NCBI RefSeq assembly: GCF_006345805.1 | Contig: NC_042998.1 | Location: forward strand, 144,336,001-144,400,000 | Reading direction: 5' to 3' | From: Octopus sinensis | Lineage: Eukaryota | DNA: 64,000 bases | The notes under the pieces: generated by a model | The model's database searches: none | The model's input: the letters and a program-made list of their open reading frames with translations, nothing else | What the model was told of the DNA's origin: nothing | Translations under genes and position numbers: made by a program | Part shown: piece by piece, positions 13,511 to 25,771 of the stretch | Layout of the letters: every line of letters starts with the position of its first letter | How positions within the stretch are numbered: the first letter of the stretch is position 1

Positions 13511-14839
13511 CTGTCACACACTCACGCACACACACACACACACACACGCACCCTCACACACACACACACACGCTCACACACACACGTTAGCTTACAATTT
13601 TATTTATATATTTGCGTGTCTATGCGTGTAAAGAGGAAGTGGCAGAGTGAAAGAGTCACTCACTACAAAAAGTGAATTACTTTCACTTTATTCGTTGCAC
13701 ACTGTGTGTGTGCGTGTGCTGTAGCCCACACTAAGAAGAGCATTTGACTTATACACCACAATGTGAGTTTTCTCTAAATTTTGCTTAATTGGGGTTGAAA
13801 CTTTAAAAAGTGGACCTGGCAAGACCCGATGCATTCTACTCTTAAAAATGCTAGGTAAATTGTAATTGAAGAAATCCTATATTGTAGATTTCTATAAGAG
13901 ACAAAGGGAGGCAGATTATAATAAGAGATACACATATATTTCTACCACACACACACATGCACACAAACACGCGCACACACACACACACATATATATATAT
14001 ACAAACATATAATACACACACATAAACATCTATATATATATGTAAATGGCAATTTCTGTCTGTCTGTCTATCTGTCTCTCTGTTACCAACTTAGTGCCTA
14101 AACTACTGAACTAATATTCATGACACTTTGCATATGTTACACTAACATCCAGTTCAATAATAGGCTAATTGGATTTCAATAAAAATCTATAATGTGCCCT
14201 TCAGGGGTGTTGGGCGAATTATACGAGAAAATGAAAAGACTACAAAATTATAAGTCTGAAAGAGAGGGTGACTTCTATCAATGAAGGTGAGAACAGCAGT
14301 GATAATGGGATGATAACATTACTATAGCTGTCATATACATGCGATGCTGCATACATACTTTCATAAATATATAGATACAACACACACACACACACACAGA
14401 AAGGTAGATATGAAGAATACGTAGCTTTAAAGAGAAAGGTGATAGGTGGCTTTTCTTCTGTCCATCGCAAAGAAACATTCACAGACACACAATATATACA
14501 TATATATATATATATACACACATACATATATACATATTACATACAAAGATACATCTACTACACACCATTTTAAACTTGCGATTACCTGTGTATGTTTGTA
14601 AATTTGTGTGTGTATGTATGTGTGTGACGGCCTATAACTATCTGTCACTACTTTCGTGGCTTAATTACACCTAACTGATTCTAAAATTTATATAATGACA
14701 TAGGAATGGGAATGGAACTAAAATGGGAACTGAACACGGAATAGGATAGGACATGAAATAGTGTTATGGGAAGGGGAACTGGAAATAACACCTGCTTTTC
14801 CGAGTAATACCAGGTAATTCAGCCAGTATATATATATAT

Positions 14840-16430
14840 CATCATTTAATGTGCGTTGTCCTTGCTGGCATGGGTTAGACGGTTTGACCTGGGCTGGTAA
14901 GCTGGAAGGCTGCACCAGACTCCAGTCTGATTTAGCATGGTTTTCTATGGCTGGATACCCTTCCTAACACCAACCACTCTGAGAGTGTAATGGGTGTTTT
15001 TACATACCACTGGCATTGGTGCCATTTGTGTGACACCAGTGTCTGCCACAACTGTAATTTTGCTCGGTTTGATGGGTCTTCTCAAGTATGACATAATGCC
15101 AAAGGTCTTGGTCATTGCTTCCATGAGGCCCAACACTCGAAAGGAACTCAGCCACTTTGCCTCTGTGAGGCCCAATGCTCCAAAGGAACCCAGCCACTTT
15201 GCCTCTGTGAAGCCCAACACTTGAAAGGAGTCACCTTGCCTCCATGATGCCCAGCACTCAAAAAGAACTCAGCCGCTTTGTCTCCGTGAGGCCCAACACT
15301 TGAAAGGTGCTCTTAACGTGCCACCGGCACAGGTACAAGTTGCATGAGACCAGTATCAGCCATGATTACGATTTCACTTGGATTGACGGGTCTTCTCAAG
15401 CACAGCATATTGCCAATGATCTCAGTCACTAGTCATTGCTTCTGTGAGGCTCAAAGTTTGAAGATCATGCTTCCCCACTTTGACCCATGTCTTCCTGGGT
15501 CTACCTGTACTACAGGTTCCCTCCACAGTTAGAGATCAGCACTTCTTTACACAGCTGCCCTTGTCCATATGCATCACATGACCATATCAGTGCAATCATC
15601 ACTCTTGCACACCACATCTGATGCCTCTTATGCATAACTTTTCTCTCAAGATGCTTACACTCTGTCGAACATGCACACTGACACTGCTCATCCAGCGAAG
15701 CATACTGGTTTCATATCTTTCAAGCTTACGCATGTCCTCAGCTGTCACAGCCTATGTTTTACTGCTATGTAGCATAGCTGTTTGCACACAGACATCATAC
15801 AATCTACCTTTCACTCTGAGAGAGAGGCCCTTTGTTGCCAGCAGAGGTAGGAGCTCTCTGAACTTTGCCCAGCCTAATCTTATTCTGACAGCTACATTCT
15901 ATCAGGAATATGATGAACAAGAGGAGGCTGTGCTCTGATCCTTGGTGAACCCCTACTTGTACCCTGAATTCTTTGCTGTACTCATTGCCAACCCTCACCT
16001 TAGTGGTAGCATCACTGTACATAGCTTGTACAGCTCTCACCAACCACTCATCTATTCCTAGTTTTCACATTGACTACCACATAAGGGATTGGAGGACCCT
16101 GTCAAAGGCTTTCTCCAAGTCAACAAAGGCCAAGTACAGAGGTTTATCTTTGGCTATGTATTTCTTCTGCAGCTGCCTTATCAGAAATATAGCATTAGTG
16201 GTGCTTTTTCCTGGCACAAAACCAAACTGCATCTCATCTAGACTAACTCTCTCCCTAATTAGTTGGGCTATGACTCCCTCCGTAACTTTCATCACCTGAT
16301 CCAACAATTTGATACCTCAGTAATTATTTCTATCTAAGGAATCACCGTTACCTTTGTAGCAGTTGACTATGGTGCTGCTACACCAGTCATTGGTTATGAC
16401 TCCTTTGTGAACCACCTGATTTGCATTTGG
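14840..16430 (-). mobile_element. 5'-truncated RTE-clade LINE (RT fragment plus 3' UTR tail)
   Basis: QFGFVPGKSTTNAIF...LAFVDLEKAFDRV and VGVHQGS motifs contiguous with the catcatcatttaa...ggatgcccttcctaac tail; ends next to (TA)n. Confidence 0.88.
15121..15308 (+). repeat. 42-bp minisatellite (about 4.5 units) in the RTE 3' UTR
   Basis: Unit ccatgaggcccaacactcgaaaggaactcagccactttgcct starting at 15121, 15163, 15205, 15242 and 15284. Confidence 0.85.
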
Positions 16431-16496
16431 GTGACTAGACCATAACTGTCTTCATATCCTTGATTGCTTTATCTACAAATGAACTGTTGAGTTGAA

Positions 16497-16539
<43 letters not shown>

Positions 16540-16569
16540 TATACATGTATACACACACATATATATATA

Positions 16570-17436
16570 CAGGGTGATCAACCCAAGTGTAGACATTTAG
16601 TTTACTTAAATTTAATTGACATTTCTTTTCTAATTTCAGAAATACTACTTAACATTTAGTCAGGGCAAGAAGAAACTATATTGAAGCTAATTTATACTTG
16701 AAGCTAGTACTTAAGCTAGTATGAGTGAAATAAGTAAAACAATTGAATGGCTATTCAAGGAAGGGAAAATGCCTAACAAGATTTTCAAGGATTTGAAACA
16801 CACTATCAGCAGATCAGGAGTCTATATAGTAATCAAACGAATAAAAGAGAATGGTTCTTGCTTACCAAGAGTGAGAACAACTCACTCAGCAGCAGAAACC
16901 TGCATCCATAATGGTGTGGGTGGGTGTGACCTCAAATGGCATGAAAACCCCTCTAATCTTCATTGAAGAGGGTGAAAAAAAAATCAACCAACATTTGAAC
17001 ATGTTAAAGGATAAAGTAGCCCTTTGGGTTATTGCAACAATAGGGGATGAAGTTGTAACTGTCCAACAGGATGGTGCAAAAAGTCCAAGAATGGTTTTAA
17101 GAGAACTTCAAGGCATTCCAGTTGAAAGAATTCTGGCCCCACTCTTCACCAAACCTGAATCTGATGAACTTTGGCATATGGTCTATTTTTGAGAGCAAAT
17201 CCTGTGCTAATTCTCACACAAGTCTCAGAGCACTTGAGCACCATTTGCAAAAATGCTGGGACAAAATCTCCTCAGAAACTGTTTGTGCCACTTGCTCCCA
17301 AATTGTTCTCAGAGTTTGGTAGGTAGTCTCTGCCCAGGGAAAATATATTGAAAGTTAAATGTATCATCTCAATCTACATTTTCTGAGTTTTATTTGAGCA
17401 TATTTGAATATCTCTACATTTCATTTGATCACCTTG
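16570..17436 (+). mobile_element. Internally deleted Tc1/mariner (maT/DD37D-like) element
   Basis: TA|CAGGGTGATCAA ... TTGATCACCTTG|TA; fragments with HTH region, MVWVGVTSNG, QQDGA and WPHSSPNLN motifs. Confidence 0.88.
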
Positions 17437-18324
17437 TATATGTACATACACATACATATTTACATTCACATAATAGCATCTAGTTTCCATCTAAAATTAC
17501 ACACTTTCATTTTGGTATATATCCTATATAATCATTTCTAAATAGAAATAAATGTTGATAGCAATACAATCAACTAAACACTTCAAGTGGTGTCCCAGCA
17601 TGGCCACATTCCAATATCTGAAACCTGTTAGGCAATAAAAAAAATATACCCAAATTTTCACAAAATATAAAGTAGATTCCCTAGATGTATGATAGAAAGC
17701 TTTCACCATTATATATTATATGCCCAACTGATGTTGAGGCCAATTAAATTTTATAGCTATCATTTGTAATTAATTTTCAATGTGTTAAGTGGAATTAAGT
17801 GGAATGTTGATTAACTGCAACATTCAGAATATGAGTTTGTAATCCTGTTTATTTTGTGTGTACAGAGATGTAATAAAGTCTACAAACTTCTAAAAGGAAG
17901 AACGGTCTAGTAAATACAGTGCCAATCTTTTAATTATAGAGGTAATTTGTGGGAAAGCTATACCCAGGAAGACATCAGACAAGTAGGGAAATATGATCTT
18001 CAGTTAAGTCTCATAGAAGCCAAAACTGCTGGCGATTTGCTGTGTTTCAGATATGTCAAGCTAAGTGAAATCATGGTCATTGCTGGTGCCAGTGACATGT
18101 AAAAGGCACCCATGCTGGTGATAGGTAAAAGGTACCCAGTACACTCTGTGAAGTAGTGGGCATTAGGAAGGGTATCCAGCCATAGAAACCAAGTCAAAAC
18201 AGACTGAAGCCTGGTGCAGCTCCTTGGCTTACCATCTCCAGTCAAACCAGCTAACTCATGCCAGCATGGAAAACAGATGTTAAACAATGATGATTTGTAC
18301 TTTTGTATGATAAAACAAACAACA

Positions 18325-18740
18325 GGCATAGGAGTGGCTGTGTGGTAAGTAGCTTGCTTATGAATCACATAGTTCCGGGTTCAGTCCCACTGCGTGGCAT
18401 TTTGGGCAAGTGTCTTCTACTATAGCCTCGGGCCGACCAAAGCCTTGTGAGTGGATTTGGTAGATGGAAACTGAAAGAAGCCTGTCATGTATATATGTGT
18501 GTGTGTGTTTGTGTATATGTATATATTGTATGTATGTGTGTGTGTGTTTGTTCCCCCCTCACCAACATCGCTTGACAACCAATGCTAAGTTACATCCCCG
18601 TAACTTAGCAGTTAGGCAAAAGAGAATGATAGAATAAGTACTAGGCTTACAAGGAATAAGTCCTGGGGTCGATTTGCTCGACTATAGGCGGTACTCCAGC
18701 ATGGCCACAGTGAAATGACTGAAACAAGTAAAAGAGTAAT
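18325..18740 (+). mobile_element. tRNA-derived SINE, most abundant family here (CORE-like cttgggcaagtg body)
   Basis: Head ggagtggctgtgtggtaagtagcttg, B-box gggttcagtccc, central (TG)n, tail gaaacaagtaaaaga; other copies near 27783, 45065, 54735 and 61214. Confidence 0.8.
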
Positions 18741-19506
18741 AGATGCTTATATGTGTATGTATGTGAGAGTACATAAGTCGAAAACGCTTTTTCAGAAAAC
18801 TGTTGTACTACACTTTGACAATTTTTGATATCTTGGCATCTGAAGCAGCTGGAGATACGACAGTTTGACCAAAAGAACCAGCTATTGCAAGCAAAAATAA
18901 AGATTGAAAGAAAAAAAACGCATTTGGTCAAATTTAGACATACGACAGTTTAACATGATAGCAATGATATTATTTATATAAACATATCTTCTCTCTCCTA
19001 AATAAGTAGCCATGTAGCTCCTCTCCAACAAGAACCTACTCTATCCCTCTTCCACCCAGACCTCAATCCTCATCTGTTAGCATAAAGTTACCTCTCAGCA
19101 AGTTTCATAGGTTTGCAAGCTGCATGGTGAACTCACTAGTGCTAGTGGCATGAGAAAAGCACCCAGTACATGCTATAAAGTGATTGGTGTTAGGAAAAGC
19201 ATCCAGCTGTAGAAACCATACTAAAGCAAACAATGGAGCATGATACAATCATTGGACTCACTGGATCCTGTCAAACCATCCAACTAATATCAGCATGGAA
19301 CATGGGAGTTAAATAATATATAAGTCAGTCATGATCAGTCAAAAGTGAAACTTAAGGAGATTCAGTTTTGAATAATAAACTTACATGTATATACCTATAG
19401 ACAGATTAGATAATTGCTTAATGAACATAGTATATATCTTTATGAGCTACTAATAGTATCATGTAATGAAAATGACTGAGACAGCATTTTATAACTGGTC
19501 TCGTAC

Positions 19507-19545
19507 CTTCACAGTCCTCAGACTATGCCCACATGGCATAACAAG
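19507..19545 (-). CDS. Candidate 39-nt exon, phase 0-0: LVMPCGHSLRTVK
   Basis: tcctgttttag| acceptor and AAG|gtacga donor; only the phase-0 frame is open, so it does not join directly to the 20842 exon. Confidence 0.25.
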
Positions 19546-20841
19546 CTAAAACAGGATAATAGAACAAATAGGATAGGTAGGCTGTTCAGAGTTGTTTGTA
19601 GTGTCCTTGCTATTCTTTCTTTTTTTCTCTTATCTGCAAGGATGATTCTGCAGGTATCTTCACAGGAGGCTGTTGCCTGGTGGTTAATGAGATGCCAGGC
19701 ATCATAGTCAGGGCAAGAAGAAACTAGATTTTCTTTTTCCTTTCATTTTCAACTTCCCACCTTTTACATCTACTTCCTTCTTGTGTTTTCTCTTTTTTTT
19801 ATCATCCTGTTTTGGATATATGTTTATAAATCTGTTGACTCAGCAGGTCTTCATTCATTAATTTTAGTTGCAATCTCTTCCAACATTAGCATGAAGATTG
19901 GTGGTTTGGTTAAGCATTGTTTTAGTTGGTGTTGCCAGGCAGATAAGACTTACTACCCCACCACCACTACAACTGCTAGCATCACCATCTTCACCACCAC
20001 TGAAGGTGGTGACAATGATGATGATGATGATTAGGTTGTGTTGTATCCATGGAGATGAGAGGAAACACACTATGCTATAAAATGTAGAGAATTAGTTTTC
20101 AGCTTACCCTGTCAAATGTAACACTTATTTATTCATTTGGTTTAGAATAAAGCATGAAGTATCACGTAGCTTTGAGATTGTGTTTAGTCTTAGAATGACA
20201 TTGTAGGTTAGGTGCAAGAGGCTGGATCTGGTTCATTTAAACATAAAACAGATAGAATATTTGGGCTGGGTTTGGCTGGTTTAAACGCTAAAGGGCTAAA
20301 CCTAGTTTTTTTTTTCTTTAGTTTGTTATTTTATGGTTTAAGAGAAAAATATGTTGAAAACATTTCCTAATTAGGGTTTAGTCACAAGAGGGGCTAACTT
20401 TATTCCTTTTATCGTTGACTAATAAATGAGGTGGTAAATTGGCAGAATACTTCATGGTATTTGTTCTGACCAGTCATTCTGAGTTCAAATCCTACAGAAG
20501 CCAACATTATCATTCCTCTTCTTAGAGTCAGTTAAAATAAAGTACCAATCCAGACAATGAATTTAAAAACTGTAAGAACATTTAGCTAGATGCCTATTGG
20601 TATTTGTTTTGGATCTTTGTGTTCCAAGTTCAAATCTTACCATGGCCTGTGAGGGTAATAGATTTAATCCTTTAACCAGGTTAGCCCCATGGATGCAAGT
20701 ATATGGTCCAAGTCTCCAGCCAAACTTGTTTTCAGAGAAGATTGTGAACAAATGACAACACTTGAATGATAGTAACATTTGTTTACAATTAGCATGGCAT
20801 GACAAAACAGACATACAAGACCTTGAGAGAATTTTTATTAC

Positions 20842-20948
20842 CAGAGTCCCCAGGCTGTCCTCTCAGCAGACAAACTGCAGTTCTTTCATCCGAAGTCACG
20901 CAGTTATAAGCAGCATGTATTTCTTCACTTGGGACATAATCCTGGGGA
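20842..20948 (-). CDS. Candidate exon of unidentified second gene, 107 nt, phase 2-1: (S)PQDYVPSEEIHAAYNCVTSDERTAVCLLRGQPGDS
   Basis: Long pyrimidine tract with accaaag| acceptor, CTG|gtaata donor; open frame, 119-nt intron to the previous exon. Confidence 0.48.
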
Positions 20949-21067
20949 CTTTGGTAACAAAAAATAAGGGAAAAAAGGGTTCTAATCCTGAGAAGACTAG
21001 AGCTAGGCACATCTATCCTTGCAACACTGTAAATGACAATAAAAGTAGGGTACATAATACAGATTAC

Positions 21068-21128
21068 CTGATATAATACTCTGTTTGGGGCTCATGTAAC
21101 CAAATATCCCACTTAAATTCTTTATGGC
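21068..21128 (-). CDS. Candidate exon of unidentified second gene, 61 nt, phase 1-2: (G)HKEFKWDIWLHEPQTEYYI
   Basis: Long T-rich tract then ttttctaag| acceptor (an upstream gaag| alternative closes the frame), CAG|gtaatc donor. Confidence 0.45.
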
Positions 21129-21330
21129 CTTAGAAAACCTTCAAAGCAAAAGAAAAAAAATTCCCCAAAACTAGTCCTTATGAAGTCAGAGTTTACCTTT
21201 AATGAAACAAGTCAACAATAGTGTTAATATCTCGTACGTATCTAGTTAGAACATAAAGGATGTTAAACTCTTAATGTTTCATTTAGAGAACAGTAGTAAA
21301 TACAATAAATGTTAATTCCTATAACTATAC

Positions 21331-21389
21331 CTGATGATGATGATAGGCTGAATGAATCATGCAACTGTAGGAACCATAACAACTGTCCA
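21331..21389 (-). CDS. Candidate exon of unidentified second gene, 59 nt, phase 2-1: GQLLWFLQLHDSFSLSSSS
   Basis: ggttattcag| acceptor, CAG|gtatag donor; phase-compatible with the next two candidate exons. Confidence 0.4.
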
Positions 21390-24300
21390 CTGAATAACCA
21401 ATATCCAAGGAAAAATATAGTTTATATAAGTTTTATAATATCATTTAGAGAAGTATATTATTAAATAGGCACTTGTGCTACAAAATTCAAATCCAGACCA
21501 TATAATCATATTTCTTTGTTTGAATGCTACATCATGAAGCAAATTTATTTGGAAACACAAGGAGTATAATGTTTTATATTCTATTATGTGGACTATAATA
21601 GGACATGCTCCTCTGTCTAGTGAAGGAAAATTCTCAGTGCAATGTGTGCCTGGAGGAAACACTTGAACTTATCAAATGTAACTAACATCAAGAACTTTTG
21701 ATTTGATGCTCACATTTATACAGTAAAATATTCTTAGCCTTTCCAAGCCAAAATCTGAAATGATTAGTTTGTCCTACTACATATAAATTCAATACCTTAG
21801 TGATTACACTTCTTATAAACCAACATATAACAATATAAGAAATCTCCCAACCAACCTGAATTAGGATTAATTTAATACTTAGATCATATTTTAATGATTC
21901 CCCCTTCCTCATTTTTGTTTCACCTAATTAGCATTTAAGCACTCCATTCATCACAACTTCCAACCATGGTCTATAATTTGCATAACTAAAGTAATGGAGT
22001 TTATCTTTCCTCTAGAATATATTTTATTTATTAGAATTCTTTTTAAATATATTTTATTTAGTTTTATTCACTGATCACAAATCTGAATTTCCCTAATAAC
22101 CCAATAGGCAATGTTTTAACTGTACACTGTGTTCTTTACTGTGAATTGATTTGCACTTGAATAACCTTACACACTCAAACAAGAATTTATTTTGACATTA
22201 GACAGACACAACTGTTATCTTCTTTTATTTACACAAGTCTGATAGAGGAAATCCCAAGACCAACAGCTCACTGTAGAGTAATAAATCATGTGAAGAAACT
22301 TGATATGCCAACTTTCAGCTAAACTCTTCCATTAGCTCTCATTGCGTAGATCTTCCAAAATAAAATCAAAACAGATACTTCTTAGAGCTTTGGGAAGAAT
22401 GGCTCAAGAAACAACGGTTCTGTAAATTGGTTGATTAAGTAAGCAAACTATTATGTACAATGAATTCAGTTTGTCAGACAATTTAAAACATGCTCAAGTG
22501 AATAAAGTATCATATGAATATAATTCTGCATTCTTTATTTCTTTTCTAGTATATTTTGTGATAAATACACCAAAATTACTAATTGATGATAAAGTTTGGA
22601 TTAACAATTTGCACTTGTCATATGAATTTAACAATATAGACAGATTACTATAATTTGGATTGGACATCCTGTTAGCCAGGTTTTGTTTACAGAAGTGCTT
22701 ACTGAGGCATTTGCTTGAATTTATTCAATCCTTTTTTTTCCCCTTCTTACATTGATATATGCTAGTAAAGCAATAAACAAATATGCATGCATGCACACAC
22801 ACACACAAGTCAGGCCCTTTTCCAGCCAACAACTCCTCATTTCTTACACTCTCTCTTTCCAATACCTCCCACCATCGCCATATTCTATTTAACTCATTAA
22901 CCAGTCAGTTGTCACACAGGCATAAATTCATACACAGCCACATGTATAGAAAGAGAAAAGTAATACCAAACTCATTTACAAACCTAATAGATCGATGAAA
23001 GAATATTAACTTTGGATATATTCAACTGAAATAGTGCAATTTGACAATCAAGCTAATAATAAATGACAATCTTCTATCATTTTCTATTTAGCCAACAATA
23101 AATGTGAACTGGTTGTTAAAAATAGTGTACAATGTTGGTGTTAAATAGTTTTGTGAAGTTCCTATTGCATCAATGATTTAACAACTCTCCTTACTTGCAT
23201 AGGTTAGATGGAATTCTTTGAAGCAGATTTTCTCTAGTTGGATATTCTTCCTGCTATCAACCTTTACCTGTTTCCAAACATGTTTATCACAGAAGACTAG
23301 AAATAAACAATACACTTGTATAACTATGATGTTCATTTACAATCATTATGTGATGTCAAAACAAGAATAAACAGAAATACATTCACACTAACAATGGGCT
23401 TCTTTCAGTTTCCTTCCATCAAATCCGCTCACAAAACTTTGGTTAACTCAAGGCTAAGTTGCTGTGCAGAGAGATTAGACTCAAAACCACGTAGTTGGGA
23501 GGTAAGCTTCTTAACTACGAACAGAAACTGTTCAAACTGAACACTGAAGATTTTTCAGGTTGTTCACTGATTCCAGAATTAAATTAAGGAAGACTAGGTG
23601 CAGATATGGCAGTGTGGTCAAAAAATTTGCTTCCCAACAATATGGCTTCAGGTTCAGTCAAGTGTATGGCACCTTGGACAAGTGTTCTCTATAGTCCCAG
23701 GCTAACAAAGCACTGTGACTGAATTTGGACTACAGAAACTAAAAGAAGTTTGTTCTATACAGGTCATCCACTTTTCCATGCTTGCATATATACCTTGGCT
23801 CTTCTGGCTTTGTGAGTGAAGATTTAAAGAGGTAGGAATGCCCACATCTATTGTAAGCTTTCTGACACCTGGAAAGTAAATTTTGGGACAAACAGGCATG
23901 ACCACATTGTCTACATAGAAAGGTAGGCTGTTCAGAGATGTTTGTAGTGTCCTTGCTATTCTTCCTTTTTTCTCTTATCTACAAGGATGATTCTGCAGGT
24001 GTCTTCACAGGAGGTTGTTGCCTGGTGGTTAATGAGATGCCAGGGCAAGAACAGACTACTGGTGGTAATCAATGTGGCAGGTGTTGAAGGATAAATTTAA
24101 GGAGTCCTTGTACCTCTTTTTTGGGGGTTTTTTCTATCATGGTGACCAGAGGAGAGTTTGCTATATAGTATGATCTTGGGAAGTCAATGATACTCCATGT
24201 ATGTGTGTGTCTGTTTGCATCTCCCTGTCTTGACAGAACATGATAGTTATGAGTGTCACAGTCATGCAAGCAATGTCATTCATTTCCAATATTCTAATAT

Positions 24301-24440
24301 TACCTTGCTTGGAAACAAGTTGTTAATGACATAAAGTGCATCCAGCTATAGAAAATATACTTTAATGTTAAAAACTCCATCCAACCCATGCAAGCATAGA
24401 AAAGTGGATGTTATAATGATGATGATGATTGGAAAACATT

Positions 24441-25771
24441 GGTGTCCCAGAATTAACTATCAACTGCAATGAAATTGGGCAAATTTTAGGAAAACTGACT
24501 AAATTTTATGTTTATTACTTAATTATGATATTAAAACAAATAAATTTATAAATCATATGTAAAAACTTTATTGAATTTTTTCCAACATGTGCTCTATCAG
24601 TATCTCTGCAAACTTCAAATCTATTCTTAGCAATGTGAAACACATTTTGAAGCATTTCAAGACTTATCTCCTGCACTGCCAACTGAATGTGTTCTTTATG
24701 TTCAGCTAAACTTATTGCTCCATCCTGGAGATGGTGGTAGAGAAAATGATTGCCACCAAACTGAAAAAAAGCTGCTGTGGACAGATGAGCCAACAGGAAT
24801 GAAAATAAAATTGTAAAAAAAATTATAAACAAAATAAAAAATTTATACACTTCTAACAAATATTAAATACTAGCATTAAAGACCCGTCATTGCCGGGTCA
24901 TAGTGCTAGTGCATGTATATATGTGTACATATTACATGTACATCTATATATATACATCTACACATAAAATACAAAATTATATCTTGATATCGCCAGTGAT
25001 AACAATACTCAAAATATATAACAGACTGGAATTGTTAGCTCTTCTTTTTTCTCTACATTGTATACTTTATAGACAATAGTCTTTTCTTTAATTTAATTTT
25101 TTATCCATCTGGACGCTAATTTTTTTATAATTTATTCGCATTCATGTGAAACCACTTATTCAAGTTCAAATCATTGATGCAATTTTGTACCAATTGCTAT
25201 TTTTACTTTTGTTTTGTTACGATTATATTATACTTTAGTTTGATTTTAATTATTACTTACTACATATAATTCAATTATTATTATTTTTATTGTTAAAATG
25301 AAAGCATCTGACATAAAATAGAGAAATATTTTTGTTTCACTTTTAACACGTAATACTGAAATAGTGGAGAAGATATGATATTGCTATGGGCTCGCTCTAG
25401 GCAAGAAGTTGAACATTTTTTTTTGTCCATGAAACTACATGGACCCTAAGTAAGGCATGTGTAAAATTTGAATGAAATTGGTTGTGTAGTTCTCAAGTTT
25501 TAGGGAATCGTAGTGGAGAAGATATGATATTGCTGTAGGCTCGCCCTAGGCAAAAAGTTAAATTGGCAATGGCACTCCTCGGACCCTAAGTAAGGCATGT
25601 GTAAAATTTGAATGAAATTGGTTGCGTAGTTCTCAAGTTTTAGGGAAACACACAGACAGACAGGCACACATTCTCAGTTTTATATATATAAAGATGATAA
25701 GCATAAATAAAAGTGAGTTTGTAAAGAAAATTGTCCAATTTCACTGAAATAGTTAATTCTGGGACACCCTG
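24441..25771 (-). mobile_element. Deleted mariner-like element split by a Helitron
   Basis: TIRs ggtgtcccagaattaactat (24441) and atagttaattctgggacaccctg (25749-25771); remnant LQDGA...IQLAVQEIS...RFEVC in ORF 24515-24859. Confidence 0.8.
24870..25694 (-). mobile_element. Non-autonomous Helitron
   Basis: A^T target; minus-strand TC start and CTAG end with hairpin gacccg-tcattgc-cgggtc; internal ~150-bp duplication (25363 and 25511). Confidence 0.82.

Larger units (their letters stand above)
12152..13928 (-). mobile_element. Composite non-autonomous Helitron
   Basis: Inserted at A^T; minus-strand 5' TC end (atctcttattataa) at 13928 and 3' CTAG end with GC-rich hairpin at 12152; internal PIF1 helicase fragment; second degenerate 5' end near 12995. 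Confidence 0.8.

Noticed and set aside
18325-18400. tRNA-like heads with A/B boxes (also near 26480, 38382, 61214)
   Set aside because: They are SINE heads followed by SINE bodies; no complete cloverleaf, so not called tRNA genes.
20762-21076. 104-aa plus-strand ORF
   Set aside because: No recognisable motif or splice support; it is the antisense shadow of the minus-strand candidate exons.
22230-22445. Exon-like segment with splice-like signals on both strands
   Set aside because: All frames contain stops for the plausible acceptor and donor pairs.
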